Positions 46,185-54,144 of a stretch of DNA of 61,675 nucleotides are shown here, in pieces. A model generated the notes under the pieces. That model did no database searches, was not told the origin of the DNA, and saw only the letters and a program-made list of their open reading frames with translations. The stretch covers positions 1-61,675 of IMG/VR virus record IMGVR_UViG_3300037247_000790; one strand, written 5' to 3'. Position numbers and translations under genes: made by a program. Source of the stretch: a virus. Taxonomy: Duplodnaviria > Caudoviricetes. Position 1 is the first letter of the stretch; each line of letters starts with the position of its first letter.

Positions 46185-46615
46185 CTGACACCCAACGTCG
46201 TCGCCGTCTTGATCCCCTTCTTTCCTACTGGAAGAAGGCATTAGGTCTGCAGAACTGGCAGATCACTTATGAGATCAGGAAGGGGATTGATGCCGTAGCT
46301 GTTGGAGGGCAGCAAGTAGGGGGCGCTGCTTTTTGTAGTGGCCCATACGCATTAGGTCATATTGTTTTTACTAGAGACTTGGTTGATAAGTCACCTACTA
46401 CTGCAGAACTAGAACGCGCGGTCGTTCACGAGCTAGGTCATTTCGTCATTCATCCGCTTGTAAGTATGATGAACGATGAGCGTGGAGATGAGGACGAACC
46501 TCATTCAGTTCACTGTGCTCGTGAGCTTCTGGTTGAACATCTGAGCGCTGCTTTTATGTCCCTTCGTCGGGGGGATGAGGCGCCCATCTACAGTCCTAGT
46601 GGTAAGGAGAAGTAA
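46181..46615 (+). CDS. Zincin-like (HExxH) metallopeptidase-domain protein
   Basis: VVHELGH; W...LGL..W.I. Confidence 0.6.
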   Translation: MTDTQRRRRLDPLLSYWKKALGLQNWQITYEIRKGIDAVAVGGQQVGGAAFCSGPYALGHIVFTRDLVDKSPTTAELERAVVHELGHFVIHPLVSMMNDERGDEDEPHSVHCARELLVEHLSAAFMSLRRGDEAPIYSPSGKEK

Positions 46616-47397
46616 TGGCTACACGTCCACGTATCTGGTGTCACTTTGATAGATGTTGTGCATTCGACCCAGGCAGTCACAACGCCCGCTATTGTCCAGA
46701 GCACCGATGCAAGCGAAAGGCTGAAAACGCAGTCAAGCGGCTGACTACTCCAGTCAACACAGATGAGGAGAAGTGGGGACTGCAGGAGCGGAAGAAGGAA
46801 CATCGGCAGATCGAAGCCCAGTTGAAGAACGAGTGGCTTCTGGAGAATAGCAAGATCGTGATGTTCGATCTTGAGACAACCAACCTTGAAGCTTCGATCG
46901 GTTTCGTCCTATGTGGTTGTACGAAGGAACGGAATGGCGAGGTCAAGACCTTTACTGCAAAGGCAGCGAACGGCTTTCTAGATGATAAGGAAATTATGCT
47001 TGCTATGCGAGATGAGCTTGAGCAGGCCGATTATGTTGTCACTTACTATGGATCAAGATTTGACCTGCCCTTCATCAACACGCGGCTGATCGTTCACGGG
47101 GAGCGTCCGGTTGCTAAGATTCGACACATCGACCTCTACTACACGGCCAGGTTCAAGCTGAAGTTGCATTCCAACAAGCTGGTTGTGGTGGCAGAGACTC
47201 TGTTTGGAGAATCGGACAAGACTCGTGTGCTGGGGCCGATCTGGACACGTGCCATGATGGGAGACAAGGAAGCGATTAAGTACATTGAGGAGCACTGTCA
47301 GATCGATGTGATTGTGTTGCAGAATGTGTTCGAGAGGTTAAGAGGATTTGTCAACCTGTCCGCGACCCGCTGGCGGACGTATGGGGGCAGCTATTGA
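46615..47397 (+). CDS. RNase H-like (YprB/DnaQ-type) exonuclease
   Basis: FDLETT, YYGSRFDLPF, HIDL, HCQIDV. Confidence 0.8.
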   Translation: MATRPRIWCHFDRCCAFDPGSHNARYCPEHRCKRKAENAVKRLTTPVNTDEEKWGLQERKKEHRQIEAQLKNEWLLENSKIVMFDLETTNLEASIGFVLCGCTKERNGEVKTFTAKAANGFLDDKEIMLAMRDELEQADYVVTYYGSRFDLPFINTRLIVHGERPVAKIRHIDLYYTARFKLKLHSNKLVVVAETLFGESDKTRVLGPIWTRAMMGDKEAIKYIEEHCQIDVIVLQNVFERLRGFVNLSATRWRTYGGSY

Positions 47398-47494
47398 TTG
47401 ATCTAATCCGTGAGTCAATTATTCTGGGTGTGATCGGATCGGTTGGAGCGACGACGGCCATATTCGTGTATAGGATCATATCGGAGGGAATACG

Positions 47495-47752
47495 ATGACC
47501 AACGCGGACCCTGAGCCCACGACAGTGGAGGATACATCGGGGAAAGTACAACTCGCGGTCCTGGTGCGGGCTGAGGCCATTCTCGCAGACCCAACTTTCC
47601 CTAGTGCGTCGGGGCACTTCGCGGGCTGGGTGCAGGCGGTGAAGGCGCTGCGAGGGCTTGGGCATGGTGCGGACAGTGGCTGCCCGATAGAGGACTGCCT
47701 GGGCTGCATTGCCCTCGCCGACTTCGTGGCCGCGTTCCCAGAGGAGATCTAA
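47495..47752 (+). CDS. Hypothetical protein
   Basis: RBS GGAGG. Confidence 0.5.
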   Translation: MTNADPEPTTVEDTSGKVQLAVLVRAEAILADPTFPSASGHFAGWVQAVKALRGLGHGADSGCPIEDCLGCIALADFVAAFPEEI

Positions 47753-48444
47753 TGGAATTGTGGTATCCTAAAGCGGGAATTCGACTAGGTCCTGCTAACA
47801 AGACATGGGGTAAGACTGACAACATTTGGGGTGCGGTCTGCCATTCCTCCGAAGGCTACTTCTCAGGTGATATGGATGTTCTTGATTCTCAAGTCAGGCC
47901 ACGCGCTTCCTGGCATCTGTATAATCCCAAGCGTGGATCGATGCTTCAGCATTATCCCTTCGATGAGATCGCTTGGCATACGGGATCACGTGCAGCATGG
48001 GGGATGATTGGGATCGAGAGTGAGGGGCGTGCGGGGGAACCATTAACCCCCAGTCAAAATGCGAACCTGACCGAATTCTTCATTTGGGCGAAGGCCAACT
48101 TTGGCTGGACAGAACTAACACGGGACGTGACCCTGTTTGAGCATAACTTCTTTAGGGCTACCTCGTGTCCATCGGATAGGATCCTTTGGGATGTTATTAT
48201 CCCAAAGGAAGAAGAGAAGGAGGAAGGTAAAGTGATCTGGATTCTATATGCTAGGGAGGATGACCAAGAGGACAAGTGGGTAACTGACCTCATTCAGAGG
48301 TATCCCATAGAGGAAGATCAAGTCCCACGGTACCGATACCTAGGTGCGAAAGGGCCGCACGCCGTGCCCGCAGATTTCCTAGAGAGCATTCCGTACGGAT
48401 ATGAAGGGCCTCCAGCACTCATGCTTCCCGATAACGAGGCCTAA
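47752..48444 (+). CDS. N-acetylmuramoyl-L-alanine amidase (endolysin)
   Basis: VCHSSEG, ASWHL, AWHTG, IGIESEG, H...TSCP (Amidase_2). Confidence 0.85.
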   Translation: MELWYPKAGIRLGPANKTWGKTDNIWGAVCHSSEGYFSGDMDVLDSQVRPRASWHLYNPKRGSMLQHYPFDEIAWHTGSRAAWGMIGIESEGRAGEPLTPSQNANLTEFFIWAKANFGWTELTRDVTLFEHNFFRATSCPSDRILWDVIIPKEEEKEEGKVIWILYAREDDQEDKWVTDLIQRYPIEEDQVPRYRYLGAKGPHAVPADFLESIPYGYEGPPALMLPDNEA

Positions 48445-48445
48445 G

Positions 48446-48904
48446 ATGTCTGAGATTCCAGATGGCGAGTACCAACCAGACGAGGTAGTCCTGCAGCAGC
48501 AGGACGGTAAGGCCTACGTTCGTTATGGTGGGTGTACCTCTGGTTGTGGGGACTGCTGTTGGTATGTTGTCATTCCGGTGGATCCTCGTGTACTGGATCA
48601 ACCACCCGATCGGTTCGAGGATTGGAAGGATTGGTTAGACTTGCATGGGATCATACTCGTGTCGCCTTCAGTGGGTCGTCTGGACGCCCGAATACCTATT
48701 CGATGTGATGCGCTGACCTTTAACAACACATGCGTCCTCTTCGGAACCAATCAGCGTCCAGACATGTGCAGCACATTTCCTGAGAAGCCAAGGTTCATTG
48801 ATCCTCCATACAGATGTACGTACAAGTATCGGGAGGTAATGTCGGAAGAGAACGCATCGGAGGTACAGAGGCAGATGATTGAATTGGAGGAGGTGTTCGA
48901 ATGA
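48446..48904 (+). CDS. YkgJ-like Cys-cluster protein
   Basis: CTSGCGDCC, C..L....C, RPDMCSTFP. Confidence 0.75.
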   Translation: MSEIPDGEYQPDEVVLQQQDGKAYVRYGGCTSGCGDCCWYVVIPVDPRVLDQPPDRFEDWKDWLDLHGIILVSPSVGRLDARIPIRCDALTFNNTCVLFGTNQRPDMCSTFPEKPRFIDPPYRCTYKYREVMSEENASEVQRQMIELEEVFE

Positions 48905-49098
48905 ACAACGCAGTGGCCAGGTCTTTGTTGCGAGATGTTGCTGAAGCGCCTTACTATAGTGCTCGCAACTCTCAACGTGCCTCGCTCCTCCGTGTGGCGG
49001 CAGAGTTGCTTGAGAACGGATTTGCCCTGCCGCCAGAGATCATTGAGCAGCTAATGATCCGAGGCATTTCAATCAAGAAGGAGGTTCCAGGATGTTGA
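48901..49098 (+). CDS. Hypothetical protein
   Basis: Coupled ORF. Confidence 0.5.
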   Translation: MNNAVARSLLRDVAEAPYYSARNSQRASLLRVAAELLENGFALPPEIIEQLMIRGISIKKEVPGC

Positions 49099-49352
49099 CA
49101 TCTAGAAAACTAGCAGGAGCGATCGCCGGAATGCTGTCCATCGTCGGAGTGGTGATCGGATCCGCCGTCGTCGGTGCCGTGCCCCTAGAGGTACAGCTTA
49201 CGTCCGTTGGGCTGTTGGCTGGCTTGGGCGGGTATCAAATTTCTAGACAAGCGAGGATTGATGAGTTAGCGGATGCAGCATGGCCTATTACTAACTATAT
49301 GACGCGCGAGATGACTCCAGAAGAGGAGGAGGCTGAGATCTTTAATGGTTGA
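49092..49352 (+). CDS. Two-TM membrane protein, holin candidate
   Basis: TSRKL N-terminus, two hydrophobic segments, near amidase. Confidence 0.5.
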   Translation: MLTSRKLAGAIAGMLSIVGVVIGSAVVGAVPLEVQLTSVGLLAGLGGYQISRQARIDELADAAWPITNYMTREMTPEEEEAEIFNG

Positions 49353-49689
49353 TGGTCAGAAGCATGACGGGAAGAAGTTGAGGTATGACCTCATCCCCCC
49401 AGAGGCATTGGAGGAATTGGCCCGCGTCTACACAATTGGTGCCGCGAAGTACGGTGACAACAATTACCTAGGCGGGTTGAAATGGAGTCGCGTGATTGGC
49501 GCCATGATGCGGCATCTGGAGGCCTACCGTGCGGGTGAGGAAATTGATCAGGAAGATGGGCAGTTACATTTGGCATCGGTAATGTGGTGTGCTGCTACGC
49601 TGATCACATACGAGGCTAGAGGAATTCCAGAAGACGATCGCGTAACGATCGTGTCACGGGATGTACTGGCGGGCACGGCTTTTGAATAG
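49345..49689 (+). CDS. dATP/dGTP diphosphohydrolase-domain (DUF5664-like) protein
   Basis: KHDGKKLRYDLIP, GAAKYGDNN, RHL, HLA. Confidence 0.85.
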   Translation: MVDGQKHDGKKLRYDLIPPEALEELARVYTIGAAKYGDNNYLGGLKWSRVIGAMMRHLEAYRAGEEIDQEDGQLHLASVMWCAATLITYEARGIPEDDRVTIVSRDVLAGTAFE

Positions 49690-49699
49690 GAGGAATCTG

Positions 49700-50083
49700 A
49701 TGAATACGGGCTTTGTCTATATTGCTGGCCCCTACCGCGCAAAAGATGGGACGCATGACTGGAGTGCCTATACGGAAATTGATGGGCACATTGCGGATGC
49801 ACGAGCAATGGCTGCTAGGCTTGCGTCTGATGGAGTGCCATTCTTTTGCCCACATCTGAACTCGGCACACTTCGAAGTGATTACGCCGGATGTTCCTCCA
49901 GGTTACTGGCTTGATCTTGACTTCCGCCTTCTGAAGCACGCGTCGGCGTTAATGCTGATCACTGATTGGAGAGAATCGTCCGGCGCCTGTGCCGAATTGA
50001 AGTTTGCCCAAGATCTGAAGATGCCCGTCTATACGGATAATATGTATGAGAACTTCTTGAAGGACTGGAGGGAAGGCCAATAA
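49700..50083 (+). CDS. Nucleoside 2-deoxyribosyltransferase-like (DUF4406/DUF1937) protein
   Basis: VYIAGPY, CPHLN, WRESSGACAE. Confidence 0.75.
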   Translation: MNTGFVYIAGPYRAKDGTHDWSAYTEIDGHIADARAMAARLASDGVPFFCPHLNSAHFEVITPDVPPGYWLDLDFRLLKHASALMLITDWRESSGACAELKFAQDLKMPVYTDNMYENFLKDWREGQ

Positions 50084-50346
50084 TGCCCTACGTTAGCCAA
50101 GAGATTCGTCACGCGCTGGACAGTGGAGATGAGGAGCCTCGAACTGTAGGCGATCTGCACTACCTAATCGCTAGTCTCATCGATGCCTACTTAGGGGATC
50201 ATGACCACTCGTACGAGACGTTCAACGGGGTCATTGGTGTCCTAGCCTGTGCCCAGCAGGAGGTCTATAGGCGTATAGTAGTACCTTATGAGCAGCATAA
50301 ACTTCTTATAAATGGTGATGTATTCGGAGTTAACAGGGAGGACTAG
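50083..50346 (+). CDS. Conserved phage hypothetical protein
   Basis: MPYV...GDLHY...IGVL...EVYRR..PYE..K...NGDV. Confidence 0.65.
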   Translation: MPYVSQEIRHALDSGDEEPRTVGDLHYLIASLIDAYLGDHDHSYETFNGVIGVLACAQQEVYRRIVVPYEQHKLLINGDVFGVNRED

Positions 50347-50766
50347 ATGAAACGACCAACCGAAGCAGCCCTACAGCAGTATCGGGAGATGATGTTAACG
50401 AATCCCGACACGTTCAAGCAAAAGCTGGAGTCAACCTATGAGGAGCTGAGGTCACGATCCGAAGCGATCTGGATCGAGCTCGACCTTACCAAAGATGACG
50501 AAACGATGACTCAGCAGGTCAGGGATGCTCAAATTGAGCGGATGGAACTGACGATCGCTCAGATCGCTCGTCGCATGGAGGCCATTAGAACATCTTTGGA
50601 CGAAGAGAAGGATGCTACGAATAAGCTGTTTACGTTGAATCGCAAGCAGCGGAGGGCTATGGAGAAGGTTTCGAGGAAGGGACGGGGAAAGAAGATCGAG
50701 GAAGTTACGGCACCATTAGCAGAGGAGGAGGAAGAAGATGAAGAGATTCCTGACGAGTCTGACTGA
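50347..50766 (+). CDS. Coiled-coil protein
   Basis: LNRKQRR motif, acidic tail. Confidence 0.6.
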   Translation: MKRPTEAALQQYREMMLTNPDTFKQKLESTYEELRSRSEAIWIELDLTKDDETMTQQVRDAQIERMELTIAQIARRMEAIRTSLDEEKDATNKLFTLNRKQRRAMEKVSRKGRGKKIEEVTAPLAEEEEEDEEIPDESD

Positions 50767-50903
50767 TTTCCAGATCATCATTACCTCAGACGTTGGGTGT
50801 GGTAGTTACCTTGAAGTCGCATTGGTTGTTTTTGGCATTGGCTTCAGCGCATACGTTTGCGATTATGGTAAGAGTATTGCTGTAATGGCAGGAGGTCGGT
50901 ACT

Positions 50904-51236
50904 TTGGTCTCCGCTCGTGATCCTAATCGCATCTTTGGTGTGCTGTCAGAGTTGTTCCTAGTCTGGAAGGAATCTCCTGATCTTCGCTTGGGACAGCTTC
51001 TCTGCAATTTGGCAGGCAGTGATCTATTCTATCTGGAGGACGAGAACCTGATCGCACGAATGCGTGAAAGACGCTCGGCAGAATGGTATTGTGAGTGGGA
51101 CGGGAGACGTGCCGAAGGAGCGACAGTCAGGCGGTGTGATGAGTGGCAACTACCCCAGAAGGATACGCAGGGCCTCGGCGCCTGCAACAAGGATGGCTGT
51201 GAGCCCCCCTACCCATCCGGCTTGCTTCAGGGTTGA
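50904..51236 (+). CDS. Conserved phage hypothetical protein
   Basis: RDPNRI...W...PDLRLGQL...FYLEDE. Confidence 0.6.
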   Translation: MVSARDPNRIFGVLSELFLVWKESPDLRLGQLLCNLAGSDLFYLEDENLIARMRERRSAEWYCEWDGRRAEGATVRRCDEWQLPQKDTQGLGACNKDGCEPPYPSGLLQG

Positions 51237-51383
51237 TCCCCGTCCGTGGTGGTTGGACTGGTGTGCGGAGACTGCATCTAGGATCGATGCAAGCAACCGT
51301 TTGTCTGCTGTATGCTCGTCACGATGCGCGTGCATCCATCTATCAATGCGAATGATTGCTTCTGTGGTAGTCTCGTTGTCCAT
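51150..51383 (-). CDS. Small protein with C-terminal TM (lysis accessory/holin-like)
   Basis: Last late gene; hydrophobic C-terminus. Confidence 0.45.
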   Translation of the reverse strand: MDNETTTEAIIRIDRWMHAHRDEHTADKRLLASILDAVSAHQSNHHGRGSTLKQAGWVGGLTAILVAGAEALRILLG

Positions 51384-51583
51384 CAGATCGTCTCAATCAA
51401 TCGATCGACTCGCTTCCAAACTTGCACTGCCTCGAAGACAGCCAGCAGGCCAAGGAAGCAGGCAGGAATCAACTTCCAGTACCTTCGTTGTTCGATTGCC
51501 CACATTGACCATTCAGCCGAGGTAGCCAGAAAGACTCCACCTGCCAGGGCGGAGAAGAGTCCTCTAACGATCTGCTCGCGCAT
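51383..51583 (-). CDS. Two-TM small membrane protein
   Basis: Two hydrophobic helices. Confidence 0.5.
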   Translation of the reverse strand: MREQIVRGLFSALAGGVFLATSAEWSMWAIEQRRYWKLIPACFLGLLAVFEAVQVWKRVDRLIETI

Positions 51584-52309
51584 TTATCGACCTATGCCAA
51601 TCTTTAGTCGTTGGGATGCAAGAGCAGCAGCCACAGCAGCCGGTGCGGTTACAATCGGAGACGGAGCCGGATAAAGCACACGCGTATGGTTGCCAACCGT
51701 GCTACCGACATTTGTTAGGGTCACGCCGCCCACCCTGTCGATAATCTCGCGGATGAGTGGGGCGTAGAAGACTAGGTTCTGCGGGTGCACCAGCAGCGGG
51801 GAGTAGCCCTCCGCAAGGATGGCAACTTCAGCATCCGTCAATGCGATATTCCAAATAGCAGCCTCGGCAATACGTCCACTCATTGGAGTAAAATTACCTG
51901 CCGAAATACGAATCGCGCCGATTGCCGTGGTATCCAATCCAGTCGGTGTTCGTGATGTGGCCTCCGTCCCCTTTGAACCACCATCGATAAAGGCTCTTCG
52001 GTCATCAGCGGCTGCAAAAACTCCACAGGCATGGTGCCAAGTATTCAACGAGTATCCACCTGTTGAATCTGCTTGGGAAGAAGTACCACCAGCGCGAGTA
52101 AGCGCCCTAATAGGGTCACCTACTTGACCCCCCATAGCGGAGAGGTGGAAATAGTTATCACCGCTTCCGATTTCCGTAAATTGTATCAGCCCTTGGTTGT
52201 CGTCTAGATCGCTATTGAACCAGCAGGCCAGCGTAATGGGCACACCAGACAGAATTGCCGAACCGATGGTGATGTAATGAGGGACGGCATCGTCAAAGAG
52301 CCTGGCCAC
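51584..52309 (-). CDS. LamG/concanavalin A-like virion protein
   Basis: TLACWF, WHHACGVF, FIDG, GRIAEAAIWNIALT. Confidence 0.85.
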   Translation of the reverse strand: MARLFDDAVPHYITIGSAILSGVPITLACWFNSDLDDNQGLIQFTEIGSGDNYFHLSAMGGQVGDPIRALTRAGGTSSQADSTGGYSLNTWHHACGVFAAADDRRAFIDGGSKGTEATSRTPTGLDTTAIGAIRISAGNFTPMSGRIAEAAIWNIALTDAEVAILAEGYSPLLVHPQNLVFYAPLIREIIDRVGGVTLTNVGSTVGNHTRVLYPAPSPIVTAPAAVAAALASQRLKIGIGR

Positions 52310-52311
52310 AA

Positions 52312-52809
52312 CTACGCCTCCCGAATTTCTACCCGTAGAAGCTCGGCGTCGTTGTCCAAGTCATCAGCGCCATTGTTAGCGTCGCGTATGACCTTTAGCC
52401 GAAAAGACTCGCCTGCTGCGACACTATCCATTTCCGCACCGTCATCGAATGTAATGTCGTCGTAGCTGACTTCGCCTGATGCACTAGGAGCTGTAACGGC
52501 GGCTGAAGCCTGAACAGCCGCAAAGCCATCAGAATCTAGGTCAAAGGCATCGTCCGCGTGGCGTTCAAACTGAGCGTTCCAGACTACTTCATTAGTTGTG
52601 ACAGCTGTTGCCATCCAGACGAGCATCACAATTACGCCCCCTCCCGCATAGTGGCGAGGCATGATTCCACTGAACAGTGCTGACTCATCCGTGTCCTTGT
52701 CAAAGTCTAGGACAGGATGTGAGTTCCGAGTGTCGAGCGTTGCAAAGTTGGTCGTTGGCGGCTCGTTGTGGAGCGGCGTGAAGACAACTAGGGTATCACC
52801 ACTAGCCAT
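52312..52809 (-). CDS. Putative tail/virion beta-sandwich protein
   Basis: Acidic, beta-rich; in tail cluster. Confidence 0.55.
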   Translation of the reverse strand: MASGDTLVVFTPLHNEPPTTNFATLDTRNSHPVLDFDKDTDESALFSGIMPRHYAGGGVIVMLVWMATAVTTNEVVWNAQFERHADDAFDLDSDGFAAVQASAAVTAPSASGEVSYDDITFDDGAEMDSVAAGESFRLKVIRDANNGADDLDNDAELLRVEIREA

Positions 52810-52812
52810 TAG

Positions 52813-53022
52813 TTATACCCATCCTCTCCAACCACACTTTTTGCAGCCTGCTCGCGCCAGCGCCTTGAGTTGCGGGTGTTTGACACGTGGCTCTAGCCAG
52901 TTCATTTCGCCATTGCACTGTGGCTCGGTACACGCCACTCCACTAGGGGTAGCGGGCTCTAGGACTGCGCGTTCCGCTTTGGTCTTCTTGGCTTGCTCCT
53001 TATGATAATCTCGTAGAGCCAT
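52813..53022 (-). CDS. Small zinc-ribbon protein
   Basis: GVAC..PQC...CKKCGW. Confidence 0.55.
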   Translation of the reverse strand: MALRDYHKEQAKKTKAERAVLEPATPSGVACTEPQCNGEMNWLEPRVKHPQLKALARAGCKKCGWRGWV

Positions 53023-53030
53023 AATTTCTC

Positions 53031-53882
53031 CTAATCATCGATCACCGTGAACGAGACGCTTCCGTGAACCCGAACGGCAGCACTAAGTTCGAGGTTAAGA
53101 TTAGTAGCAGCACCACCAACGAACAGGGGCACTAGCCCGCCAGCACTGACACTAAAGCCTTCCCTCGCCTCCAAGGGAATCTGCCCAGTGAAGGCGGTTC
53201 CCGCTGCCCCGTCTTCAAACCGAGCATCGACTGTTCCATCTGAGACCAGAAAGACTGACCAAACCGCGATTCGCTTGCCCGCTGCTTGAGCGGCGATGAT
53301 CTCATTATCGCCACTACCTGCATCGTTGATGTCAGCGAAACCAGGGTCGAAGTCGCCACGCACCCGTAAGTAACCGCTCCGGTCGAACAGCGCGTCTACA
53401 CGATCATCATCTGCGACCTCTTCAGGTTGGGCCTCTGAGGTTTGAGCACGACCACCAATCTTAACAGGAGAGCCCGCATCAACAGCATCGTGATCGAGGC
53501 CTCCCTGAACCTCTAATCCATCCGAGTCAGTCGAGCTAACAGTAACATCATTATTCCCTGCCAAGTCTACAATAACCGTGGCGGATGACGCCGCAATGTC
53601 AATTTGTAGATGTCCGCTTCCATCGATCTGCAGGGGTACAGCATTTGTACCATCGTCGGCGCCTGCCAAGACTAGGGGAACACTGGTTGTAGCTAACCCA
53701 CCAGGAGCGCCAACTGCGTCTCCTTCCACATGGGTCGCAATGGCGAGGAAGCCGACAGTATTCGAACCTGTGCCGGTAGTGCCGGTATCAACAGCGAACC
53801 ATCCGGCTGCTGCGTTGCCGTTAGTCGTGCCGAAGTGCAGCTTCGCGCCTCCGGATTCTGTTGGTGCTGCTGGATACGCCAT
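53031..53882 (-). CDS. Putative virion structural protein
   Basis: G/A/D-rich; HDAVD...PVKIGG. Confidence 0.55.
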   Translation of the reverse strand: MAYPAAPTESGGAKLHFGTTNGNAAAGWFAVDTGTTGTGSNTVGFLAIATHVEGDAVGAPGGLATTSVPLVLAGADDGTNAVPLQIDGSGHLQIDIAASSATVIVDLAGNNDVTVSSTDSDGLEVQGGLDHDAVDAGSPVKIGGRAQTSEAQPEEVADDDRVDALFDRSGYLRVRGDFDPGFADINDAGSGDNEIIAAQAAGKRIAVWSVFLVSDGTVDARFEDGAAGTAFTGQIPLEAREGFSVSAGGLVPLFVGGAATNLNLELSAAVRVHGSVSFTVIDD

Positions 53883-53890
53883 ATTACTCC

Positions 53891-54070
53891 TTAGTTATCT
53901 TGGGTCTCAATCTTCTCTAAGACTGCATGAATTTCTTTGAGGCCCTGATGGATCGTTTCGAACCACTGTAGGATCAACTGCTGATACAGATAGGGCTGAA
54001 CGGCCCACTGTGGAACGGTTGGCACAGAAACCTCCTGTGTTGCAGCCTTGCTCTTGGTGCGCTTAGCCAT
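53891..54070 (-). CDS. 59-aa hypothetical protein (not in ORF track)
   Basis: MAKRTKSK...; RBS AAAGGAGG. Confidence 0.55.
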   Translation of the reverse strand: MAKRTKSKAATQEVSVPTVPQWAVQPYLYQQLILQWFETIHQGLKEIHAVLEKIETQDN

Positions 54071-54144
54071 TCGATTCTTGCCTCCTTTTATTTGTGTACT
54101 CCCATACTCATGTTAGCATATCTGGGTGCCGAAGGCAAGGAACA

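Noticed and set aside
49345-50083. 2-aminoadenine (Z) or deazaguanine genome-modification pathway
   Set aside because: A DUF5664-like protein is present, but no PurZ, DatZ, DpdA or Que-pathway genes were recognised
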